Below are positions 41,283 through 52,911 of a stretch of 64,000 nucleotides of DNA, in pieces. The notes under the pieces were generated by a model that had not been told where the DNA came from, did no database searches, and saw only the letters and a program-made list of their open reading frames with translations. Position 1 is the first letter of the stretch, and each line of letters opens with the position of its first letter. The stretch covers positions 12,960,001 to 13,024,000 of the forward strand of contig CM119372.1 in assembly GCA_051294905.1 (NCBI GenBank), in the 5' to 3' direction. Position numbers and translations under genes: made by a program. The DNA comes from Botryllus schlosseri. Taxonomy: Eukaryota.

Positions 41283-42776
41283 TTCTAGCCCATAGTCGTT
41301 ATAATAAAAAGGAATAGGACGTTGCATATTGTTCCTAGATCTATTTGCGGCATACACTCCGATGTACTACAAAAATGCTTCGCGAACGTAAATCGGCAAA
41401 TGCACCAATGCCGCCAAAATCGCTGTTTTAATCTGCAAACAATTGCCGCGATGCGAGCTACTCAACTCAACGCGAAGCCAGAAATCGCAAGAGACAATTG
41501 CTGATTGGCTGCGCGATTTCGCGTTTGTAATCATCATTATTGTCTGTCTGAAATCTCGTATTCGAGAGTTGTCGTGTGTTACTTGCAAACTTGCCAGGCC
41601 AGTGCGTGGTGTATTTCAATGATGCAACTTCAAATTCTCAATGACGTAAATTCTGATTTTTGTTGACGGAATGCATCGTATTCATCGTCAGACGAATAAT
41701 CGTACCGCTTTAAGATTCCATTTGATAACTCGACTGCATGGTTTGATATTGATGAGTGCAGGGCCGGTATTAAAACGTCACACAAATGGTTTAACCATAG
41801 TTTAACGCTGCACCTACACCAGCGGCATGTAGAAAAGTGCGTTTTAGTGCGACGATGACGTCATCAATAGGGAACAATTATGACGTCACAAGACTTCGCC
41901 ACCTCGTAAAAAAATAAAAGTCGGCGCCTATGGGTGCCTTATATGACATAAAACGGGTGGAACATGTTATTTATCCGTAAAAGTCTTCAACTAGGATAAA
42001 TGTTGGTGATTGTGATTTAAGACTCGCTTCATTGTTTACAAATAACGATCAAATTGTATTTCCGAGACTGAGCTGTTTTTTTCTTATCTAGCGCATAAGG
42101 CTCATACTACATGTTTTTTCAAAAATACTGTCGGCTCCGCTTAATTCGGACACCGGATAACCAGGATAGCTGCTGTATTCGGGCAAAGTGCTCGGCAACG
42201 GAACGAAAGTAAAAATTGCACGTAAAATACTCCGGTTGATTCGGACAATTCTCCGATTCATTAGGGCACAGGATCGCAATATTCTCATCGATAGGTTTAT
42301 GACACAATAAACAGTACTTCGTTCGTTTTAACACGAGATTAGTGATAAAGGTGAAATGTGAAACTACAGGAATCTCTATTGTAGGGTTACCAAATGTGCT
42401 CTTTCAAGAGGATTTAATCTCTTTTTTCAAAAAATCGCAAGTATCCTCAGAGGACGCTCAAATGTCCTCTTTTTCGGAATTTGTCCTCTTTTTGTTACAA
42501 AAAGTGTTAAAATGCGTGCGAAAATTGGACTCCGACGTACTGAACGGCAGTGTTGACTAAAAGAGTAACTGGAAATACGCCCCGACGAGTATTTTTTTAT
42601 TCGTGGAGCCAGCCAAACCATGTATCATAGGAAGAAACGGGTATTTCGGAAGTCGAGTCGGAAAAATGACCTACTATTACTCGAAAAAATTTCCAAATCC
42701 CCGGTTTTCTTCTCCGGTATTAGCTATTAAAACTTTTGTTTACTGTCCTCTTTTTCGGATCTCAACATATCGTAAC

Positions 42777-43295
42777 TAGGGCTGGGCACAATGATTCGAG
42801 TACTCGAATCTGAATCGAGTATTGATTGTAATGATTCGAGTCGAGTAGTAAAAGACGATTTTTTCGAGTATTGAAATTTTACGCTCCTCGGCACTGGAAG
42901 TTGATTTTTCAACGAGAATATTAGTTTTTTTTCAGTAATTTCACTGTTGAAGCCTTGAAACCTTGATTGGCCGTATCTTAGCATACGAAACATATAGTAC
43001 AAAGCTACGAACGTTACTGGAACTAGCACATTTTCGAAGTCATGATCGTCGCCCAACATTGTCACCCAGTCCAATAAAATCGGTATGGTCGAAAAAAAAA
43101 CAAAGTATCTTTAATATGATGGATAACAGGCATTTTATTCTTTGTGGTGGCATAAATGGTACATATTTGAACTTTTAACATATCACGTTCCGCTATGACG
43201 TCATAATGAGTGATACTCGATTACTCGACTCGACTCGAAGCATATTGCGTGATTCAGAATCGAATCACTCAGGTACTCGATTTTGCCCAGCCCTA
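42777..43295. mobile_element. hAT-type MITE inserted into the TIR of another MITE
   Basis: TIR TAGGGCTGGGCA, 8-bp TSD ATCGTAAC, TCGAGT subterminal repeats. Confidence 0.85.
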
Positions 43296-46200
43296 ATCGT
43301 AACCCTATCAATAGTGAAGCAAAGTCGATATATCCATTAACAATCAACAATCAATTCATTTGAGGCCGTGTCAGCCGCTCTAACTGTAGTACAATCACGT
43401 CCGTCTGATAGATCACAATGGCACAAAAAAGTTTTCTGCCTAGCAAAAAGCATTTTGCATTTAATTTCCTATTTTTAGTGAGTACTTTTATCAGGTGAGA
43501 ATAGTCTTTCAGCCCTTGAAGAATTTATATACTATTTCCCAATGTGCGTGTTTTATACAGTAATATAGTGAATAGTATACAGTAATTTTTGGATCGTTTG
43601 GTATCGAGATAAAATACTGTGCATACAATACAACTAGCCTGAGTGTAGAACTCTAGTTCGTTATGTGCAATCAGTGTCAGTAGTTTGTAGATTCGTGCCA
43701 TCGCGTCCCGGTATTAAATATATTCATACAACACGTAATACGTGTGGATCAGTGAGTAAACTACGCATGTCGATAGTTACATCATAGTGTCTTACCACAG
43801 TGTCCTATATGGTGTGGACACAAGCAAATCTCACTGCGATTGGTCTACGTCACACCTTCCATTTGGCTAAAGTAAATTTGACGGTAATTTTTGAATGGCT
43901 TTCCGATCATTGAATTTGATAAAACGGGTATAAATCGAAAGCTGCCGCTGTACTGATTACGAAAATATAAATTTTATTTTGCTGCTCATGGCCTAGGGAA
44001 GTACCGTAAATCTACATCAAATACACTTCAGTCCGAGTTTATTGCACATTGTACGGTCTTTTGAACGGCATACGGCATATGACCCTGACGGAATACTTGG
44101 CTACTTCAGCATCATCTTTTATTTATTATGCAATTGAAATTATTTTCGTTGCTGACAGCCGTAGGTTGTCACTCATAGTCGGGGGTAGGGTTGCATTTAA
44201 AACAAACATGTTTAAAACAAGGCAGTGGATTGACATTGAAAATATAGGGTAAATATGGCTCCTTTTGACGAAAAGGGCATCCGACCACTCTCATAAACAG
44301 ACCAAAAATATCTTTGACCAGGATTGCATCATTTTTACGGTCCGCGCTCATCATCATAAGAACACTTATTTCGTACCAATGATCTATATCTACATGCTAA
44401 AACTGTTTTACCGACGACGATCTCGAGAGTTCGAGCCACCCCACACCGTATACGTCGGCTATTTTGGGTGCAAATCGTCCGTAGGCTCACAATGCAGTTG
44501 TCGGGAACCTATGGCTCGCGAGCCACATATGACTCTTTTGGGCATAAGATATGGCTCTTTGAGAAATTTTTATTTTTGTGCCAAATTTATCAATATTGCA
44601 ACAACTTGTTATTAAATCTTTACCACGACCAGTATAATTAATTATTCTCGTGGCAGTATGCAAAACTTAAAGACGCATTAACTGTAAAAAGCGTGTAAAA
44701 AGTAGACTCATAGTTTTACTGTTGTCTACATCTGTTGGAAATGTAAATGTTATTTGTCTTAAGATCTAGGCCTATGTAACTCAAGTTTCGCGTACTCATT
44801 ACTCAAATAAGGCAACCAAGCATGTTAATTACGAGTTTTTACAGAGAAAATATAGTGCTATCGACGATTTCGAATTTGCGCTACCATGACGTCACGATTT
44901 TTCAATTGTGACGTAGTTGCTGATTGATATGTATGGCTCTTTGGGAGTAAAAATGAAATATAGGGTCAATATTGCTCTTCGGACGAAAAAGGTTCCCGAC
45001 CCCTGAATACTTAGTTTTTGGACGTATTTAAACAATTATGGTATAATTAGACAACGTTAGTAGTAAGATAAATGTGCGGAATCCCCCCATTCGCGATTTA
45101 TAATAAACAAACAAAGATTATCAATATAATAATTAATGAAAGAATTACCTCATTCTCAATTTTGCAGCAATACTTTTATGGCCCTGTGTGCGGCAATCAA
45201 AAAGGGGGAATAATTAACGATAGAGAGAAAACGAACAAAGAATCTGGATTGACCTTTGTACTCAGACATGAGACTTGAGTCATTCTACTTGTACTTTTCC
45301 ACTCGCCTCCTGATTCTACCTGCCTTTATCCTGGGGTTTGCGAATATGTTGAACGTAATCAGCTTCCAAAATATCGATTGACCTTTTGTACTCTGGCCAG
45401 ACGTGAAACTTATTGATTAGTAATTCTACTTGTACTTTTCCACTCATGATTTATTCTACCTCGCTTGACCTCTGGACAAGGACACGAAACTACAGCTGAC
45501 TTCGGTCGTACGCGACTGGGCTTGGTAATAGTTGCCTGCCGACAAATCGCCCTGACCTATCGTTTTGTGGTCCAATTTCGTGACGGGGCTTTGGGAATAA
45601 TTGCCGTTCAAACCACCCTGGTTTACTTGTCGTTTCGCGATTGACTCGATTTCGTGTACTGTGGGGCATAGGAATAATTGCCGGTCGTGACGTCAATAAA
45701 GTTTTCTCCTGATCGGGGAGATCCTGGTGCGTGTTTTAGGTGTCTATAGTTCGGCTGTGCATAGTGACGCTTGTAGTCTGTTCCATACTGTCGTACTTGC
45801 TCTTGCTTTGTTGTCGACTTAAATAGTAAGGAGAAATGATCTGTTCTGGTTATAAGTATGTGTGTCATTTTGAGTCATATCGAGAACCAGAAAGAATGTC
45901 GTGTATTAGAAATAGGTATTAGGCGCCCCCGACATAGATTAACTTAAATAAAGTAACATTTCGAATATAATAAGTAATTAAAGAAATAGCTCATTCTCAA
46001 TTTGACTCGCATCAACGTGTTCATTTCCGATATTACGTACCTACTAATTGGTGCAAGCAACAACTACTGTTCCACACCTTTCCCGCTTTCTAGCGTCTTA
46101 GGACAGACAGCCCCAACCAAACAATGTATTTATGATGGGTTCTTTTACTGCTTCACGTCTGGTCAAGCGTAATCATGCCGGTGTCTGTAAATGATATACA

Positions 46201-48434
46201 ATTTACCGCGGCATATTATTTTTGTATGCTGTACATGATGTACAACTTGAATCGATCAGTTGGCGAACTAATGCTTTACCCGTATGTACGATATATATCG
46301 ATCGCAAGCTCACCACGCACTTGTCGTTCGAGAGCGACTAATTTCGCTATAGACAATCAGTTGTGTTCGCGTGTACCGTAACATATCCTCAACACTTGTT
46401 ATACCAACACCTCCAAGCATATTTACAATATCATACTAAGGATATATTGCTTCGGCAGCCACGCACTGTCGTTCGAATTCGACTAATTTCGCTGCAGACA
46501 ATCAGTTGTGCTCACGTGTGCCGTAACATATCCTCAACACATGTTATGCCAACAACGCCGAGCATATTTGCAGCATCATACTACGGATATATTGAATCGG
46601 CGAAGTGTTACCGTCAGAGAATTGCTGCGTCACACCTTCGAGCCTCGCATTTCCCGTTCGAACTCGGTAACTGCGAGTACGATGTCAGATTCAATTGTAC
46701 AGTGACGAATCGGGGTAGCTCGCTTCATCGGGGATCAGTGGACTGACCTTATTTGGCTGAAACGCGCTCGGTGGTGCAATATTGGGAATGAATTGTGACA
46801 GATCATACGTGATTCGATCTATAGCCTGCTTTCGGTGAGTTGTAAAGATGAGTGGGAGATTTCGAAATTCGAATCCACTGCGACTATAGGGATGCAAAAT
46901 CAAAGTCCAAAAAATCCGACTAGTACGTAAAGTCCCGGTATTTCCATGTACTAGGCTGGTAAAATGTAACATAAATCCAACTCTCAAAGACACTTGGCCG
47001 CATCCAGTCCGGGTTTAACCAAAAGTGATGAAATCTGCGCCGGGTCCGGAAACGAATCGTGACCAGCCCCGTCCAGACAAAATAGTTCTGCTGTAGGGGG
47101 AGTGTCGTTGTACATTAATTTGCGTACAGCGAGACTTTGTATCGACTCATTGGCGGACTTCTGTTTGTCTGTACAGGTGTTATTAGTGTAATTAGATTTA
47201 CCACCACAAGGAGCATATTGGTAAAATCACACAACGATAACAACTTTACCCGCCAACAACTGTCATGACTTGTCGTTGGTACGCTTCCAATTTCGATGTG
47301 GTGCGATATACGCGAATCAGCTGTGACCAATCGAGCGTGACACAATCGATGTCAGTATAGAGTATGACTGGAGTGACGACTCGATTGTTCTCCCATTGTT
47401 AGCCGGCAGAATGGTCACGGTCAGATGGATGCACCCAAAACAAGATCGCTCAGTGCTTGTTTCAATGGCGTTCAAGGCGATTCGTCGTGTATTTCTTGAA
47501 ATTTCGTCGGAATTAGTTAGATAGTTCAACATTTAGGTAGCGGTGGCGAGTCGTTATGACTAGTGAATAATACTGTGTAGCCTATGTTACATTTCTCACG
47601 AGATTGATGTGATATTGTGGCTTCGATCCTTTGTAGAGTTTGCTACGTATATGAATATAATGACGGAAGATATAGAATATCTGGTACGTGTGTATTGGCT
47701 ATTGTGAGATGAATTCATGGAAAGAAAGACTGAAGAATACTACAAAGTGAACAAGTGGAAAGATCTTGAACTATACCGATATGCAATTCACAATATCGTT
47801 TATTGAAAATATGTCCTATATTAACTGCAGAAACTCGAGTATGAATATAACAAATAATATTGCAACTGTCTTGTAGTCTTATATAATGCCTGTCCGATAA
47901 CCGCAGAAACTTGAGTATGACTAGCAGGAACGTAACTGCTGCACCCCAAACCCCCCAATTGCGCAGGGTCCGAGCTCGAAGGGGGCCCAAAATTATTTCG
48001 CGAATTAGCATAAATTATGGAGTATTTTTCAAAAAATTTTCGCGCTGCGTGCGATTTCAAGTTGCCAACTTTCTTAGGTATTTGGTAGCCTACTCTTCCC
48101 CAAGACAAAATACGCAGGATTTATCGAAATGGACATATCGGCGAGACATTTAAAGTTTTAGAACATGTAAGATGCGACTCCAAGAAGTGTGCCAGAACGA
48201 TCGGCAGCGAGAAAACCTCGGCCAAAAAGGACTGCCCGCTTACGCTGGCCGAAAACTTCGTTATATATGCAAAATGCATATAGGTTTAATTGTCCATAGG
48301 CGCCTAAATGACTGGCGCCGAATGTTCCTGTCTTGACAATCTGAACCTCAGAAGACAAATATTATTCCGCAGGGAAAAATTGTATGCCCGTAAAGAAATA
48401 CCAATTCGAAATCGTGTGCGTCGTTAGTCTAGTA

Positions 48435-48831
48435 CAGTGGTTCCCAACCTTTTTCGACCCATCGCCCCCTTTTCAAGGTCAACACCAATCATCGCCCCCC
48501 AAAATTTTGTGCACCGATAATTGGGCATACAGACTGTAAACACCGGCGGGTTGACTAAAAAAAAAAAAAAAAAGGTCATCTTTCTCCGCTCAGAGCTGCA
48601 AATAACGTTTTTTCTCTCCGAATTGCTAGGTGGATGACTAAAAAAAAAAAAAAAAAAAAGGTCAGCCGTTTTGACGCGTCATCGCCCCCCTATCGCCCCC
48701 TTCGCTATTTTCGCCCCCCGTCGCCCCCTTTGTCCATTTTCGCCCCCCTATCGCCCCCTTCGTCATTTTCGCCCCCCTAGATCGCCAAATCGCCCCCTGG
48801 GGGGCGATATCGCCCACGTTGGGAACCACTG
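48435..48831. mobile_element. hAT (Charlie/Buster-like) MITE
   Basis: TIR CAGTGGTTCCCAAC, 8-bp TSD GTCTAGTA, many TCGCCCCC repeats. Confidence 0.88.
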
Positions 48832-49520
48832 GTCTAGTACATTTGGGCGATTCTGTATTTTTTGATGTAACAGACAGGAGATCACGAAATGACATCATGA
48901 AACGAAGTCATACCAACGGGGCCGCCCGCCCGACTATGTTTAATTATTATTTACGGGCCCTACAGTTTCCAAGCCACCTCATTCAGCTCTACCGGTAAAT
49001 CTGACAACGTGAACAGAGAGAACAAGAAATTGATACCGTAGCAATATAGGCTTATGTGCAATTCCCAATATTATTGACCGATTTTATCATGAATTATCGA
49101 ATATTTTCGCGCTTCGCGTTGACTCACCAAACTGTGGCCCTTATTTCGTGACAAAAGCGAACAACGTGATGGGGGAGGGCGGTTTATCACCCTATGGGGG
49201 GTCCATGACCAACGTTTTTTTTTGGGGGGGGGGCTGACGAAGTGCTGTTACGGCCCTGATGACTAGAACAAGAGCCTTGTGTAATGTTAATGTTCTGCTT
49301 GAGCTCGACTCACAATAGCCAGAGCTTACTCCTTGAAAGTGTGCAAAATCGCACTTGAAGGGAACTCGTTGTCATTGCCAAGAACACAGGAAGACGTCTG
49401 CCGGTCGACATTAGTAGTAAGCCAATGCACCACGTCAAGGTTTCGACCAACGCATTGGTTTCCTTTTTTAGGTAGAGAACCTCAATGTGGATAGGCAGCA
49501 TTTGCCACAGAGAGAAAAAA

Positions 49521-50575
49521 CTACCATACTAAACGAGCATATTGTTCATTTTTTTTCAAGCCATCTCGCAAACTTTTGGAAAATTTGGAGGACTTTTTTA
49601 GCTTCTCATGCAATGCAAACTTTGCAAAATTGTGAGACAAGATGTTATTCAAGTGTCTCATTGCCTTGTCCATGACATCCTCAACCTCATTTAGGTCTGA
49701 GCCAGATTGAAGTGACACAGTATGAATTAATTTGTTATAGAATGGATCACAGTGAATTGCGTCAAGTACCCTGAAAAAATTGATCTTTTTCAGGGGTTTT
49801 GCCATTTCTTTACTGTGGATAACATAAAAGCGGAGAACCATGCAATGAAACTGTTCAGACGGGCTCTTCAATCCACCGACTTTCTTCTGCATCACTTTAA
49901 TGAGGTTTCCCGATGGCGCTGCAGATGTTAGGCATGTGGCAATTGCTTCGTTAGCTTGCTTAGAAATGGCTCCCAAAAGCAATCCACCAATATATTCAAG
50001 TATGTCTAAAAACATGTCAAAGTTTTTCCATGGAAAGGCAAAGTAGCAAAGGCTATTTACTTACCAGATTCCTTGCTGATGACTCCTCCAATCTCTGCGA
50101 TTGGATCCTGTTCTTTACCGCACACGAGAGAATCAAACATCTTCAAAAGTAATACTGAAGCTGGTAATTGCGGCAAACCCAGCAACTTGTTAGCTTGGTG
50201 ACAGATATTAGAATAATGTTGATAAAATCCGTCAACACCAAGTTTGCAATATTCAGAATGGAGTTGTTTCACCAATGCAACAGCTTTGGTCACGTCTAGT
50301 TCCTCGAATGATGGGGCGCATTCAAAGTATTTTTTGCTATTTACACAAGCCCTCTTCAAAACAGCAATTACAGCATCCTCAGATATATCCCAAGTACTGG
50401 TGGGAACTTTATGATTTTTGTAATGTTTTTTCAGAGCTTTCACAGTCGGAAAGGATGCTTCGCATTCCTCACAAATCACACCTTTCCAGTTATCGAGTCC
50501 TTCGAAACATTCTTCAATTTCCATTTCAGTTAGTCCCTCCCAGTCATCCCAAAGTGATGCAGCTGAATCAGTCAT
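49521..50575 (-). CDS. Two-exon transposon-borne protein (331 aa): C2H2 zinc finger plus P-element-transposase C-terminal-like region
   Basis: Exons 50575-50065 and 50005-49521 joined by a 59-bp GTAAGT...TTTTAG intron give one open frame. Motifs: CEECEASFPTVKALKKHYKNH, LEYIGG, LI......GGLKSPS, KSLRDGLK. Confidence 0.8.
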
Positions 50576-52880
50576 GATACCGATTTTTATCCGTGACGAA
50601 ATATGATCTAAATCTGGCGAAAAATATAACAGAGGCTATACGGTATTATTCACTGGTCATAACGACTCGCCACCGCTACCTAAATGTTGAACTGTCTAAC
50701 TAATACCGACGCAACTTCAAGAAATAGACGAAGAATCGCCTTGAACGCCATTGAAACAAGCACTGAGCTATCCTGTTTTGGGTGCATCCATCTGACCGTG
50801 ACCATTCTGCCGGCTAACAATGGGAGAACAATCGAGTCGTCACTCCAGTCATACTCTATAATGTCAGTCATCAATCCGCCTGTTTGGAAAAACTCGCGTT
50901 TTCGGGTTGACAGCAACACAATGCGATCCATTTGATGTCACCATCGACCCTCCTATTTTAATAGGTTTACCATACGGCCTCATTCAAGGGAGCATATGTC
51001 CTCCTTTTCCCAGATATGTCACCCCTTCGCCCAAATATACTCTCTTTCTGTCAATTTGTCCTCCTTGTTAACTTAACATATCCAAAAAACACCACGAGTA
51101 ACGCAAAATGTGAGCCTAGATTACAAAAGTCGGGTATGTAGCCAAATCGAAATAATGACGCTATGATGGCATTGTGCAGGCTATTACGTGGATACGGGGG
51201 CCTGTGTGAAAATGTGAATAGTAAAAGCGCCCCAAACTACCGTTACATGAAAAGGATCGAGCGCACTCGACCATGTCAGGGTATACCCACCTTAGTACAG
51301 CGAAATGATCCCATGTCGTAGCTAGAATAGCCTGGGTGGTGGTACATCATTCTCACAAGATGCACTTTGGAATGCGTGTGAAATCGACATCGCCCGTTAC
51401 TCGACTGAAGCAAGTCGCCACTGCAATCCCTCTTTGTGTATACACAACGTACTAGGTACTGCAGATCCAGACGAAACTACGCATTCTAGCGAGGTTATCG
51501 AGATAGCTGGAGTGATTTACAACACATGCTAAATTTACTTCAAATGGAAGGACAAAATATATAGCTTTTGAAGTACTCAAGTAGAAGTAGTTTTAAAGAA
51601 ATGTCGGTATCGTGAAATCGCTTTCTATCCTAATTATAAAGAGTAGGCCCCCATAAAACTGTCGAGCCAAAATACAGTTTCGAAGCGATCCGGTAATTTG
51701 TAAATCTTATTTATGGGTTGCACGGTGTGTTAATTGATTAGAGAGAAGCAGACACGGCGGTGCCTGTATAACGAGGCTGTTCTCAAATCCACATTGTCTT
51801 CGTTATTATCGGGGAGATATGGCTTTGCAGTGACATTGAGGTAGTTAAAATATATTGGTTAAACACGATTTATTCCTCATATATGGGGATCAACGGGTGA
51901 ATAATGTATCGATTCAGCAATTCGGCCCGCCAAGTACTTAATTTTCTTATATCCGGCCCGCCGACCGAAGGAGTTGCCCGCCCCCTTGTATAACACATAT
52001 GTAAATCGTACAATAGCGACAGCTAACGGTTGTTAATCATCCATAAATATACAGCTAACCGGTAATACAGCCCTCAAGGATAAACTAGGAATATCTGTGT
52101 GAGTCGCCTCGATTGACCCATGAGGCAAGTTTAGACACGAAAGTATTTTGAGGTGTGATATAATCCCAGTAATTGTACTGTATTTTTCCACGCACACGTA
52201 CCACAATCGAAAACGGGGTTCGTCCGTCTGATTCCCAGCGTTTGCATCGAAGTAAAGTATCGGGTATAAGTGACCATGGATCTACGCCAAGTCTGTCCAC
52301 CACTTTTGAGTAGATATTTGGAAAGACCGGCTCCTGATCACCTCCATACAAGGCCTAATAGTTCTGCGTACAGCGAAACTTTGTAGCGACCTATGTGCGG
52401 GCTGTGCATGTGTTGTTAGTGCAATCGTGTTTATCCCCACAGGAACGTAATCATTTGAGGATGAATAAAATCTTACCCACAACGATACCAACTTTAAAGC
52501 CCTCAACGACTCCAACGGTATGTATTTATGTAGATTTCATATTTTTATGAAAAAGCTAATCGACCACAAGATACTGTTACGTACCATCTCTTTCGGTAGG
52601 GTTTGTTAGTATTGTAAAATGATGATCGGGAGCTACGGTCTTTTACACTAGGTCTAAAAGGGTAGGGGTATTCGTTAGTGATACACCCGTCTGACGTTGG
52701 GGTATTCGACAAAATCACTCTGTTTTTACTACGGAAACCATGATCACACTTACGGGCTCTCATCACTTCTCGTACGAATGCTTGAATTTCGGTGTGATGT
52801 ACTCAACACAGCTGTGATCACTCGAGTGTGACGCGATCGAAGTCGGTCCTATCAGCTGTCTGAGGAAACTCGTATACTCA

Positions 52881-52883
<3 letters not shown>

Positions 52884-52911
<28 letters not shown>
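52884..52911 (+). repeat. (AG)n microsatellite, mirrored as (CT)n at ~57605-57632
   Basis: Direct reading; same length in both arms. Confidence 0.9.

Larger units (their letters stand above)
47356..50860. mobile_element. P-element-superfamily-like DNA transposon derivative (3,505 bp), no transposase catalytic core seen
   Basis: 228-bp TIRs TATAGAGTATG... (47356-47583 / 50633-50860), 7-bp TSD ATGTCAG. The empty site is visible in the right arm (59648-59655). Confidence 0.8.

Noticed and set aside
40100..42350. Possible decayed minus-strand coding sequence
   Set aside because: Protein-like stretches with many stops and no motif I can assign; left unannotated.
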